A stretch of 60,033 nucleotides of DNA, counting the filler, from Sphacelaria rigidula (lineage: Eukaryota): assembly GCA_964200075.2 (NCBI GenBank). It is 9 parts of 9 records of this genome, joined end to end, with 100 filler letters (N's around TTAATTAATTAA, not from the genome) between each part and the next. Parts side by side here need not be neighbours in the genome. Positions count along the whole stretch, not along the records: positions 6,683 to 13,264 come from CAXNAA020019228.1; positions 13,365 to 19,946 come from CAXNAA020019229.1; positions 20,047 to 26,628 come from CAXNAA020019230.1; 6 more parts are not named here. One strand, 5' to 3'. Positions 11,556 to 24,149 of this stretch are shown here, piece by piece; position 1 is the first letter of the stretch, and the number at the start of each line of letters is the position of its first letter. A model generated the notes under the pieces. That model was not told the DNA's origin. It did no database searches and saw only the letters and a list, made by a program, of their open reading frames with translations. Both the position numbers and the translations under genes were made by a program.

Positions 11556-12612
11556 ATACCTCGAGTTATTCGAGAGATGAATTGTATTTTTCTACCGGCT
11601 CTTTTTTCGGCAGTGACGGAGACATTCAACCTCCGTGAACCTCGACCCATTCGCTGACCCTAACTAAAACCCACACTCCAGAGCTTGGATGGTGTGCTTC
11701 GTAAGGTCCAAGGTTGGTGTCGCTGGGATAGGCGCTACGTTGGTGTAAAAGCTAGGCGGCAGATTTGCTGCCGCTGAATCATCCGGATCTTCACACATAA
11801 TTGTACTTGACTTTTACAGCACCCTCCTCCCATTGAATGTACGGGGCACGCTTGCGCCATGGCGCGGCAGCCGGTGCGCCCCAAACAAAATTCTGCAAAA
11901 GGGGGATCAAGCTGGGTAGTGGTGGGGACAGGGAGGTGGCCACAAAAAATGAGAGAAAAAAAAAAAAGAGGCAGTTTTGGCCGACAGAGAGGGAGGGACT
12001 GACTGCCGAAAAAGGGAATCAAGAGAGGCTGACGGGAAGACAAGCAACTTCCCAAATAAACCAACACAACAGAATTCTGGGGTATCGTTCATCACAGAAA
12101 ACAGAAGGATGAATTACGGCAATCTGGTGCGTTGCAGTACGGGCAAATGTTGAAATGTTACGCTGTGGTGCATTGCAAGATGGCACCTGTGTGCAGGGAA
12201 ACCGTAAAACAGAATCTTGATGTCTATGTAGTAAAAAATGCATCATATGTTTTGTCATACTTCTGGAGGCCCCTCCTTCGGGAACATTCCGAGGTCTCGA
12301 AGAACCAGCCAACCTCACCCCCAGCACCTGTCCGGCAATCGATCACCGAGCACTGGATAGCCACCATCGCAGACCGTCGACTGTGTCAGCTTCCATTCTC
12401 ACGCTTCCCGTGACGGAAACCAGCAGAGTACAACCTTAACTGTCATGATTCGCACTGACTGCTACATCCAACCTGGCCGATGATGTACCGGCTTGACTGT
12501 CGGGGCGCGCCGGTTTTGATCGAATCGCATCTACAATCGCTCATATTTCCACGTGATCGGCCGCTGGTTCATCCCTCTGTATCCATACCGTGCCATAACG
12601 CAACTGCATCAG

Positions 12613-12765
12613 TTGGTGCAGTACGTCGAGCTCGTCACGTCGCCCGTTCTGGATTTCGGTGCGGACGTTCGCGGGGGGCACGGCACCCACGTCGCTGGTA
12701 CGGCAGCTGGTGCGTCCATCCCAATATATGGAGAAAGCCGTGTGAAGACATGCGCTAGCGACGAG
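12613..12765 (+). CDS. Subtilisin-like S8 serine protease exon (catalytic His)
   Basis: AG/GT-bounded 153-bp exon encoding LVQYVELV...GGHGTHVAGTAAGAS...SDE; it joins exon 7661-7822 in phase 0 (RRK|LVQY) across a ~4.8-kb intron. Confidence 0.85.
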
Positions 12766-13264
12766 GTGAGCAGCACACAAACGGTGGAATGAATGCGCCA
12801 ATGCCCAAAGGGGGGGCGGGGAGGGGTGGGATGAATACTTGACGCGTTTGGTGGGTCTAGTGTATCTGAGGGGACTGTACGAAGTCTGCATATTGTGTGC
12901 ACCCAAATCGTCTCATGAAAGAAGGCTATCGTCAACACTCTGTCACAACAACCCAAAATACATCCCCACCCCATCCGCCCGACTCGTTTCCTCAGTATTA
13001 CAACGAGATACGAATGCCACAGGGTGGAGGCGACTGGGTGCGCTCAGTTGGGTTTTGTGAGCGAGTTATGAAGGGGTCTTTTCCCGGCCGTGTGGTGGCT
13101 CATGTCACGACAAAAGCGAAGCGGTCCATACGCGGTTGTTTGCTGGGGAACCCACGTCGAATTGAACGATGGGTGAATAGCCGTCAGGTTGAGTATTTTT
13201 ATTATTATTATATATTATAATATCTATCACATTAGCTCGATCTCTCGAACCCGTGGTCACAGAG

Positions 13265-13364
13265 NNNNNNNNNNNNNNNNNNNNNNNNNNNNNNNNNNNN
13301 NNNNNNNNTTAATTAATTAANNNNNNNNNNNNNNNNNNNNNNNNNNNNNNNNNNNNNNNNNNNN
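13265..13364. other. Artificial contig linker
   Basis: N44-TTAATTAATTAA-N44. Confidence 0.99.
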
Positions 13365-13459
13365 CCCCCCCCCCCCCCCCCCCCAAAAGGAAAACAACAA
13401 AGGCAAAAAAACAAAAAGCCCCCCCCCCCCCCCCCCCCCCGTCCTGGTCTACTTGCTGC

Positions 13460-13532
13460 TTGCTCCGTCTCGAAAGTGATGCGTGGTCAATGGTCAAACG
13501 ACTAAGGCAAGCAACAAATGAGTACGCCCCCC
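13460..13532 (-). repeat. Repeat family A copy
   Basis: TGCTCCGTCTCGAAAGTGATGCGTGGTCAATGGTCAAACGACTAAGGCAAGCAACAAATGAGTACGCCCCCC is the reverse complement of family A. Confidence 0.85.
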
Positions 13533-16500
13533 TGGCGATCAACACAGCAGCTCATCAACTGAATCCAACCATATTCTCTTTTCTGTTGCTTTTTTTAGGG
13601 ACGAATGAGTCTTCAACTCATGCTCTTACATTTATTGTCCTGAAAACAGGGCGTTGTGCGGATTTTGAACCTGTGAATATCTTGCTCCAGAACCTCATGT
13701 CAATCGTTTGCCGTTTTGCAGGAATAAGCTAGGCTTCACATCGAAAAGCGGATCGAGGATCTCTCAGGCCATATTGGAATACCCAGAGGTGTATGGCATA
13801 CACAGAGGATATGACAGGGTGAGACACGTACTTTTAAGCATGTTCTTCTCAATGCTTCTTTCATCAACGTCAAATCTATCCCGTACCAATATGTCACACA
13901 CGCCTCATTGGATACTTGGCTGCCTTGAATTCCGTTTGGTTGGGGTTTGGTTTGTCGGCGTATCACAACTACACTGAAAACATGTTATATTCCAGGGTTT
14001 GAGGTGTAGACACGTCTGCAGTTTTCAATATCTCCATCTCGGACCGGTATCAGAAATGTCACCTACGCTGCAAGTACTCTGTACCGTCACCCAAGGCGGA
14101 AAAATCATGGTGTTGTACTGAGCGTGATATTTGTCAATACAGGAGAATCTATGCCAAAGGAATGGAACGTTAGGAATACTTGCACATAGCTGGATTTATG
14201 TAGAGCTTTTGGAGCAATATCAGAAACGCTGTGTGCGACGACGTTGTTGTGGCTATTCAGGAACAGGCTCCCCAATACTGAAGTAAAGTATATTGGCGAC
14301 GCGTTGGTCACGAGTATCGTATGGGTACGGTGGTACGCCACCTTCGCTGGCTTAGCCATGCGCAAGTTGCCACGGTAGATGTTGTCCGCTCCGTAGGTCG
14401 CTGAACCAGTTAGCTCATCACGATGTGTTTTGTTTTGTTTTTTGTCGTCGACGTACACCCACTGCTCGCGGGAGAATGGGAGAATGAGGCAAAGCGGGGG
14501 TATGAATGGGTGAAACACCTCAGCACGATCATATTTCCACAACACCGCGAAGCACTGAGTATACCACAAATCACTGGAGTATGACGCGGGCACAGGAAGA
14601 CGACCAAACCATAGCGCTAGCCTCAACCCTGAATTGGGAGGCATTATGATTGGCCAGTACACGCGGATTAAGGTGACTGAAGCATGGCCGTTAACAATTG
14701 TGTAGGACCAGTGGAGCACGACCAACCCCACCTCGATTCCGTGACCTGAACCCTATCCATGCAATACAGGTGGGTCGGTGTGGGAAGGTGCTGGCGCTCA
14801 TGTATGACCCCGAGGGCAGTAATACAACATCCGCTCGCGAGGATCGACGCGGAGCCGCTAGCAAACAAGCACGATCTACTGGTTAGTAATGACATACCCT
14901 CGCGCGTTTCCCCACCCCCGCAACACGTGTAATTCTGCGTGAAATCATGACACGATATCGAAAGCGACAGGAAGTACACGGATTTTGCCCACGAAGCTGT
15001 TGGACCAGAAGGAACAATATAGCCATCACATACGGCTAAGCAGTGTTGAACACCAGGTGATGGTTTCCGAAAATATTGCATCGTGTCTCACCATATTGTG
15101 CAGTCGAAAGCGTCACTCTCTTTTTCTACACCGTCTTCACCCTTTGTAAACCCTGGCTGAGGATAGTCAAGTAGGCCCTTCTGGGTTCTACCGTGTGATA
15201 CGTGATGTTTCTGGCCTGCTGATGTAACACCTCACGTTCAAAGTGGAACGGGTTGTTTTTGGGTTTTTCTCGCGTACTGCTCTTGGATAGAACTCGAAAG
15301 TGCTAGCGTCAGTAGATTTTGGTACAATAGACAGATCGATCTTGAAACACAGTTCCCACGTTAGTGGTAGTTGGTGTTATCGGGCGATACGATTAGATAC
15401 CCCGTTTATCAGGAGGGTGTTATTGACCGTGAAACACATTTTTTCGGGTCTAGTGCAATGAGTACGTATAATTACGCAAAAACAAGCTTTTTCACTTATA
15501 AGCAAATACGATCGGGACAGACTCGATCGACCGTAAATATCGAAGAGTCAGAATTTGGACCGAAAAGTGGCAGGACCCCCGATGAACCGGTCAGCCCGTG
15601 AGTTACCCAATATTAAATACAAGTGAGTTTCTTTTTTGAATGTGAAGCGTATACTAGTACCCTCAGATCCCCAATGTGATGAGCGGTGGCAAGCCGAAGA
15701 ACCCACGATAATCGCCAGTTACGAAGAAATTACCAAACATCCTACTTTGAACGTGAGGAACTGTGCAGTATTGCGGGACACGAAGGTTTTTGATACGGCG
15801 GCAAGATACCCGCTGGAGACAAGAATACGTTGGAATGCCCCGAGCAGCATGTTACTCAACAGCTGTTCGTTCGCGATGAGTTGAGCGCGGAACGCAGACA
15901 AGGCCGAATCACTGGTCAGTCTTGACATCGCCGTTGAAAGGCTCAGGTAAGCTACACAGTATCATCACATGATCTCTTGGGGAGCGGACAAGGCTCATTT
16001 TCAACCACATTACTGTATTATTTTCCGATTCCCCACTGTGCTTCGGATACACCGCGTACCCCTGATATCCGTGCTTCCGCAGGGAAGCCACCGCTCGCGA
16101 AGTCTTCCAAGGATACGTCGAACGTTCATCCGGTGCCAGATTCAAGAGATTTTTTGTCAGCCAGTGTGACGGGCGGTGCTACGACAACCGCTGCCGGTGC
16201 GGTGCCTTGCTTGTTTTCGTCCGTTACTGCAGTCCGGCTGGTGCTTTTCGCTAGCAATACAGTATCCATGCTATCACTGCGGTATGAACTGTTGACTGAC
16301 TGAAGGAAAGCCGTCGTTCAGTACATGTCGACCTAAACGTTTCTCTCGAACTGGTCTGGCGTGCTGTGTCGCTTCTTTTTGTCCATCTATGACAGCAAGC
16401 GAGGCATACTTTTCCCGCTGCCGCCCTCGGTATCCCTAGCTGCCCCGCAGCACGTAACTGTGTTTATTTGGTGAGTGCATATGAGCTGAAACGACAGAAA

Positions 16501-17230
16501 CCCTTCATTCCCATCCAGTAACACCTTGTGTGTTCGCTGAGTGCACATGAGTTGAATTGTAGATGGAATTCAATAACCCACGTGTAATCCGTCCACGTGT
16601 AACTCGTTACCGAATCGAGCCTACTTAATCTCCGTCACAACCTTGCCCTCGACCTATTACTTCCTCTGGACGGCGTAGGTAGTGGGGATGGCGGGAAAGA
16701 AGAAGAGGCGAGTGAGCGGCAAGCGGGCGACGAGAGGGGAGGCTCACTACTGCAGTGGGACGACGATGCGCAGTTAGACGCTTTGATGGACATGGTCGAT
16801 GCTGAGACCAAAGGTACGGTATTTTGGTTGGCGGGATTGATGCGGCGATCGAACGTGCCATATACTGTGGCCTAGAGTTTGCGTGAACATCAACGGTGTG
16901 TGGGGAGGCAGATGTGGTTTGGTTTGAACATCAAACGTACGCGGTGTGACATTTGTGGTTTGGCGTGTAGAGGAGGGATGAGAGTCGCAGGGCGTGATGA
17001 AATGTGTCACAGAGTGATAATCGCCAGTAGACACCGTGCAGTCGACGTTTCGAGAGATGTGGGGTGCAGGGAGAGATCAAAGGTATGAATTGAGTATGCC
17101 GGTATGGGGTAACGAACATTATTCAACTTTTCCCTTGGTATTTTTGCACCATATTCCGTGTAGACATGTTTATTTAACTTCTGGCAGGAGCACTAAACGG
17201 TACCACCCCAGAAGTAGATCATCGCATCTC

Positions 17231-17231
<1 letters not shown>

Positions 17232-17300
<69 letters not shown>

Positions 17301-17357
17301 CAAACACCACCCCCCCCCCCCCCCCCCCCCCCCCCCCCGCCGCCGCCGCCGCCGCCC
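17232..17357. repeat. Long poly-C tracts followed by (CCG)n
   Basis: Directly visible homopolymer runs. Confidence 0.95.
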
Positions 17358-17772
17358 ACACGGTTGTTCTGTGCCGTTTCCTTGCTTTTTATTTTCATCT
17401 CCCTTCCCGCCCTTCAGTGCGTGTCGACTTCCTTCTCGATCCACTCTCATGATTCAGAGAGTTTTCCCCGCCCCTCCCACCCTCAATCCTAACCGTTGGG
17501 GCGCGAGGGCGGCTTTTGGCTCAAATCGAGTACTACCCTTCACCGCTGATGACGCCGTGATGCTAGCTGCTCTAAATGGTCAATTGTAGACAGTTTTGGG
17601 CATGCAGCGTCAGCATAACGCAACCAGCAAAAGAAGCAGGAGGTAAATATTGAGCGAAGTGAACCGCCGCGGCTTCGGCTCCGTCACCTCTCATGCGTTG
17701 CTGGTTCGAGTTGTTGATGTAGTTGCGTGTCCCCATTCCCCATTTTTTGGATTTTTTCTGTTGACCTTGCAG

Positions 17773-19813
17773 TGAGCCAAGGAGCCGAAGTTTCGATACC
17801 TGAGGAGTGGATCGAACGGCGTGTGAAGTGGGAGCAGAACCCCACGTTTCCGCCTGCAGATGCGCACGAAGAGACTTTGGCGAAATGGAGGATCATGGTA
17901 CCTGCTGAGAGACGCAAGATGCTCATGATGCACGAGATAGAACACTTCACAGCTGTCACCACGGTGAGCCACGTGGCATAGCGAACGAAAACACGGTATC
18001 TTCGCTGGTTTAGTTAACTAAACACACGGTTTGCTCGCAGCATCGCGCTTCGTCAGAACCATTCCTCTAGTAAAGTGCTGTTACGGTGTGTGTTCCATGA
18101 CGGCATCCTGCACGGTATGGTCTCGCACACCACTTGGTCGCTACGTTGAGCGTTTGATGGATTTCCCCAAGTACAAGAGCATCATCACGTTTTCGTTTTA
18201 TTAATAGTCACGCTTTTTCAATCCCTGTTTTTCCTCGGCACGAGTCTGTGGTCTCAAAGGATCAACCCATGTCACCCTGGTACACGTGTTGCATTCGAAT
18301 ATCGCGGATTATATCAGCACATCGACCCGCTTGTGTTTTCAACCACTAAAATCAGACACTTATCAGATTGATTGGTAGATTGATGGGTTGTCGCACTTCA
18401 AATTATTCCCCAAGAGTCATGATCCTGCCGTGGTCATTGTCCACATGATAGATGTACCCGAGATGAAGACAAAATGGAAATACTCGATGAATTTAAAGTG
18501 ATGGGACACAGAATGGTACAACAGACAGTAGGCTAACAAGAGAAAATATGAAAAAATAAGGAAATGGATTTAATCTGCCGAGAATTGAATCCGCATCCTT
18601 CCAACCTACCTGCTGCACTTGTAACAACTCGACCCCCGAGGCGCGGCGGCAACCATTGTAAATCGATTCTTTGTGCATGTGGCCACGACGGAGGGCAAAC
18701 GTTCCTTTCGCTTATCACAACCGTGTACCACAGGTGAAGTTGGGGTGCATGATCAAGCAAATGGAGGGACGAGGTCCTACTATGCACAAGAATACTCTGA
18801 TGGGGCTGGTAGACACCCTGGTGAAGGAGGGCAAGGCTAAGAAAGCCACCGCCCCACAACAGCCGGGGTAAGAACTCGCCGAGCAGTGAATTCGTACGTT
18901 TGAGGAAATCTCTCTGTCCACATGCACTCGTATGGCTGCGTTGATTGATGAAGCACCATTGCAGATGCTGGTAGCGCGCTGGACTGCGTGCCTAATATTC
19001 ATGCCTATATGGTGTGCGATGCCGTATTGCGCGGGGCCCTGTTTAGTGTGTGGGTTTGTCGCCTTTGCTTGAGGCGTCTGAGTCACGCCTTATTTCGACA
19101 CCGTGTTCTACTTGGAATGATTCGGATTATGTTAGCCGCGGTTCTGCGATGTTGCGTGCGTGTTGGTTTTCTGTTTTCGCACAAAATTAAGCGTGCTGCT
19201 TCTCTTGACGTGTCGAACTGTTTCCGTGTTCATTTTCCTCGCCGTTCACAGCAAACCGTTGAAGTGCATGTGGGGCAACACCATGCTTGTACACAAGGAT
19301 GCGCCCATAGACCCAGCGTCCATGATGATCTACGCACAGAAGTTCCGCAAGCTGGAGGATGCGGTCACCGCCAGATTGGCCAAAATCAGGGGGGTGCGTG
19401 AGTGGATGTTAATGCCCTTTTTTGGTTTCAGTTCGATACAGACAGGTGATATTCGATGTTCTGCTGGAAGTTGTACGTCGATGTCGGTGTTGCGAGGTCG
19501 ACGGAAGGTTTGGACAAGATGTATCGCGACTGCTGGCGTGCGTGCTTTTGTTGTGCATGACTGTCGACCGAACGCTGCCGTAGCGCTAACCCCGCCTGCA
19601 ACGCTCCCTTACCCTCGACGTGAAAAAAATGATTTTCCAGCAAGATTTCCGAGGCGGGAAGTACAAGTGGAATGTGGCCGCGTCGACCGGGCGGTTCATG
19701 GTCCACGAGCGGAAAATGCACCGCACGATGATCTTGCACAGGGAGCTTCTTCGCTGTTTGCCGGGCGCGGCCCCCGGGCAGAGGATCGGCTCTCGTATCT
19801 TGGACCTCGATAG
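17773..19813 (+). CDS. Partial multi-exon gene, possibly a TFIIIC subunit 1 (GTF3C1)-like winged-helix protein
   Basis: Four AG/GT-bounded, phase-compatible exons (~17773-17963, 18733-18866, 19252-19393, 19641-19813) with no stops. ERRKMLMMHEIE...KQMEGRGPTMHKNTLMGLVDTLVKEGKAK and KMHRTMILHRELL resemble GTF3C1 eWH segments by eye. Truncated by the contig end. Confidence 0.5.
18558..18655 (-). mobile_element. Degenerate tRNA-like SINE fragment in an intron
   Basis: Minus strand GGTTGCCGCCGCGCCTCGGGGGTCGAGTTG...GGATGCGGATTCAATTCTCGGC has a B-box-like end. Confidence 0.35.
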
Positions 19814-19889
19814 GTAATTTGCGTCATTGACCGACTCATCATCATCTGCGTAGACTTTTCACCTGGCCTGCCGATATGTGTGTTTCACC

Positions 19890-19946
19890 ACGGTGGGGTA
19901 TTAAAAGCAAATAAAAAAGAAAAAGCTCCTGTGTTGACCTTCCTCC
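19890..19946 (-). repeat. Repeat family D fragment (contig end)
   Basis: GGTGGGGTATTAAAAGCAAA...CTCCTGTGTTGACCTTCCTCC is the reverse complement of 44505-44560. Confidence 0.8.
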
Positions 19947-20046
19947 NNNNNNNNNNNNNNNNNNNNNNNNNNNNNNNNNNNNNNNNNNNNTTAATTAATT
20001 AANNNNNNNNNNNNNNNNNNNNNNNNNNNNNNNNNNNNNNNNNNNN
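19947..20046. other. Artificial contig linker
   Basis: N44-TTAATTAATTAA-N44. Confidence 0.99.
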
Positions 20047-20794
20047 TGGACAATCTTTGAGAAACTAAGAAATTACGGATTCTGCATACTTCTGACGCTG
20101 ACTACTGTACCCTACTGTGACGTTTGCCCATATATATATATACAAGCCGCACGGGATCCGGGGCTGCGCCCCGGTCCCGTCCGTCTTTTCCGAGAGTCTC
20201 GGTATTCTTGCCTTGCCAAGCCCTCGTGAGGATGGATCTTCTCTCGAAATGTCTATGCCCGCCGGAAACATTGCAGGACCACCGCGATCGCGCGTCCGTT
20301 CGAACGGTGGCGAACGCAAGTGTACCCCCGCACAAAGTAAAGCACGAATCCACTAACCGGACCCCGCCGGACCCCTAGCATTGGCATTGGCCCCAACAGT
20401 CATCTTCCGGGGCGGGTGCGGAGGAACTCGCATACTAAAATCAGCATTGAATCTCGTGGACGCCTCGTTATAAAGTATGCTTGATGCTCGTTAGTTCGGA
20501 ATATTCTATGTATATATACTATATATATTCCCTTCACTGACAACCATGTTATTTCTGTCGTTTGGAATTGTGAGAACGTGATTCGTGAAGAAGAGTTCAC
20601 TTGACGCCCACTAGGTACCGACAGTGCGGGTCGAATCCGTGATAGCTAAGTTGCGAGGCTTGTACTGACGAGAAAAAAAGGGATAGATTGATTACTCCTC
20701 AAAGACCACAGACGCACTCGCCCGGAGGGGGGAGACCAGGTTAGAAGCGCGCGAAGGGGAGAAACAGTCCAAGGATAGGTTGTTTTTCAATAGT

Positions 20795-20930
20795 CATTTG
20801 ATTGATTGCCGCACCTTAACTGACCCCTCCCCCCCCCCTCCCCACGGATGCAGCCGTCGTTACAAGATAAACGTGCCCGAGACAAGAAGAAAAAAAAACC
20901 GGACAAAGTGGAACACTCGCTGGAGTAAAA
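20795..20930 (-). mobile_element. LINE-like 3' end with short (ATCA)n tail
   Basis: TGATTGATTGCCGCACCTTAACTGACC...CAGCCGTCGTTACAAGATAAACGTGCCC is homologous to 34690-34790. Confidence 0.55.
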
Positions 20931-21981
20931 AAAAGAAACCGAAAAGCCATGTCCACGGAATGACTAATACACTTGCACAAGGCGAGTCATTCATCCGCCA
21001 AAAATTGTGCAACGATGGCATCCGATAAGTCAGGCTCCTCATAACATAACGAGATGGTCGAGCAACATCCGCCCAGCCCACATCACACACCCGGCGACTG
21101 TATGTACTCTACTTGTCTGTGCGATTGTCGCCCTCGTTGAAGTTCATCAGTACATGTGTGTATATGGCTCTGTCGCATGTTGGGCACATGATACTGGCTC
21201 GATTTCGATCTGCATGCCCCCAAAATATTGGTTCAGCGTCCTAGTTTAACCGGTAGAGTTTACCGGCGTGGGGCTACAAATTTTCATGGTTGACATGAGT
21301 TGGTTTGAGTCTGTACAACGAGACTTGGAATATTAGTAGAGCTGACAGTCCCGTGTGGTCCTCACGTGCGCAAAAAACGTTTTTGTTGAAATCGGCGCCA
21401 CAGGCGCCGATTTGGGGCCTACCAAAGCCTCACTTCGTTTAGGGGATGTATGTACCGCCCTTGCCCGAGGCTCTCGGTGTGCGTTGGATTGGGCCAACCC
21501 AACTCGCCTTCTGGCATTCCAGCGTATCGCAAGAGCGGACGAAAAGCGACGCAGTGGCATGTAACATATGAGGAACAACAGTAATCGGGGTAGGGTTCTG
21601 ATCTTAGAATACAGTCCACTTTTTCTCGATATGAATTTTGGCTTCATGTCGTTATCTTCCGATGACGTGAGACATATTTTACCCCACGAGCCCGGATAAG
21701 CCCCAAAAGTCAGCCTGTTCGTGTCTGTTCGTGAATTTTGTCGGCGACACTTTTTGTGCCCATTTTGGGGGGTCAGGCGCACCTATAACAGTGCAATCAG
21801 TACAGGATGGGATATACCTACAAGCAGCACAGGATGAACCCATATGGCTGATCTTACTAGTGTTGTATTTTTCAAGGGCGTATTGGGTAGGGTAAATACC
21901 CGGGTACTCTCCCAATTTTCGTGTTTCGATAGTCCGATCTCCATACTCTACCCAAATATCTGATTGTTGAGTACGGCCTCA

Positions 21982-22251
21982 GACACTTTCCACGATAGAC
22001 CTCCCCCCCCCAAAAGAAAAAAAAATGTGCCTGATTTGGGGAGGCAAAATCATCACATTAGTCGAAGTCGAGAAAGCCGAGCACAACGAGCAGCCGGGAA
22101 TTCCCGCGCCTGGGTTTGTTCTCGTCAATGTCACCCACATGAGGCGCTTCATGCAGCCTGAACCCAAATATCAGGTGCTGTATGACCACTTTGTTCGTGA
22201 CACTTTGGGGCTGTTTTTTTGGGGGGGGGAGGGGCTATCGTAGAAAGTGTC
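21982..22251 (-). mobile_element. MITE with GACACTTTCTACGATAGCCC TIRs and 4-bp TSD (CTCA)
   Basis: CTCA|GACACTTTCCACGATAGACC...GGGCTATCGTAGAAAGTGTC|CTCA. Confidence 0.85.
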
Positions 22252-22644
22252 CTCACTACTTTACTCACGTTTGGGTACTTGGAGTTCTATTTCTTTTTAA
22301 ATGTCCGAATGTAGGAAATGCTGTACCCAGCACACCCCTGGTATTTTTGTACAGACGGTACTGTATTCTCCTCTACCACCGTATACTTGACCGCTGCACT
22401 GTCTGTACAGTGCCTTCGGTAGCGTGTGGTCCGCGTTGTCACTCATCTATTACTTCGTTTACCTGTCTGCCCGTCCACTCAAATATACAATGGTGGTGAG
22501 CGCTCTGTGCTGAGATCTGAACTCTGGTCGGAGTTATTATTCGCGGGATGATGCAAGTACACGCTAATTTTGTTATCGTTCATCGTTCGCTCTCACAGTC
22601 AAGGTGGTCTGTGAAGTAACGTCACGAAATCACCGGCGGTCAGA

Positions 22645-23200
22645 GGTACTGGTCATACCCGAGCGATATCCCATATCAGGATATTGCTGAGATTACGTAC
22701 CCGTGATTTGGGTAAAGTATTGAGTTCATACCCAAATTACCAAATGTTCGGGTAGAGTGTTGAGATCATACCCACCTTTACCCACAATCCGGGTAGACTA
22801 TTGAGGTCATAACGCACAGATGGTACCCAAATTACCCATCTTTTGGGTAGAATATTGGGATCATACCACATCCTGGATAAGAAGAGAAGATTTGTTTGTT
22901 GAAAGTTTTGCTGCGTTCAGTATCGACTCTTCCGTCTCCTGCAATAGACAATTGATTCCATACTTTACGCAGTACACTTTATTTTTGAAAATAAAATCTA
23001 ATGCTATCACCCAGGGTGTGGATCATGCCCAACACTACCCAATGTTTGGGTATAGTATCAAGGTTATACCCAAGCAACACTATCCACCCGGGTATCGCTA
23101 AGATCACTCACCCAGTATTTTGGGTACAGTGTTTAGGTTACACCCCTTTTACCCAAAACCCGCGTAGAATTCGTACCCGAGCATATATCAGGGTACTCAT
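22645..23200. repeat. Degenerate array of GGGTA/TACCC-rich ~40-50-bp units
   Basis: Recurrent GGGTAGAGTATTGAGGTCATACCC and TTACCCAAA motifs; similar motifs at 21880-21975. Confidence 0.65.
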
Positions 23201-24149
23201 GAGTAATTATTTTATCTGAGCTGCCCTTGGCAAAATTTCAGCGTCCTGTGGCAAAAATCCAAAGTTCGAAAGAAACAATACTGAGAGGGAACAAGACACA
23301 ACGCAAGTCACGTAAACGGACAATATTGACAGGCAGCCGTGGGTGGGTACATGATTGATCCATTTCACTGATTGAGTTGGTGTAAAATCTGGGCATGGAC
23401 TCGTCCGGTACGAACCTTCCCGTGTTCACAAGATGAACGCACAGGGATAAGATGAGCGGGAGAAGTCGCCCGAGGAAGTCGGGCAAAAAGGGGATTTGAA
23501 AGAGGGGAAAAGGTCAAGGAAAGCCCTGAAAATGAAGGCAAAGCACGAGAAAATGAACAACGGAGGAATAAGACGGAGATGAAGGAAGAGTAGAACCCAG
23601 CTGTAGGCAGCAGAACTCAGAACGCAGACCGGAAATACAGCGCTATTAGTAGAGGATATCGCTATTATAGAGCCGTCAGCTAGGGGGAGGAGACCTCCAC
23701 ATGTCGAGACTTGAACCCCGCACGTCGATTTCCCTCTGGTGGTGAAGGGCAGAGTTGGATTTTCACCTTCACAAGAAAATAGCACCATGCTCCTGAAGTT
23801 CCGAATACCGCGTTCGCATCACTCCGGAATATCCGAGCTGTTCGACGTTCACTGATTGTTGAGTCGAATACTTGACCGATTCGCCATTGTCGCCGCTCGC
23901 GCCCCTCACTCTATTTCCCGTTTCATTGGGGACGTAATCTCTCCGGAATCCCCCCCCCCCCTCCTTCCCTTATTTTTTCTGTCCTGGTGGTGCGAATAGG
24001 AAAGTCAGCGCGAAGAGTACACGATCTGGGTGAGAGTACTCCAGGGCCTCCATCCACTGGGCCGAGGGGTCGGTCTGGTGTTGGCTGCAGAAAAGGCTTG
24101 TCTGCCGAGGCAGACGTTGTGATGGAACCGTGCGATACATCTGCCACTT

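Noticed and set aside
13700..16320. Possible degenerate retroelement or gene (ORFs 14105-14731, 14668-15081)
   Set aside because: No recognisable motif or consistent exon chain; cannot be supported.
17036..17452. Poly-Pro/poly-Gly ORFs (also 46350-46727)
   Set aside because: These are translations of poly-C homopolymer tracts.
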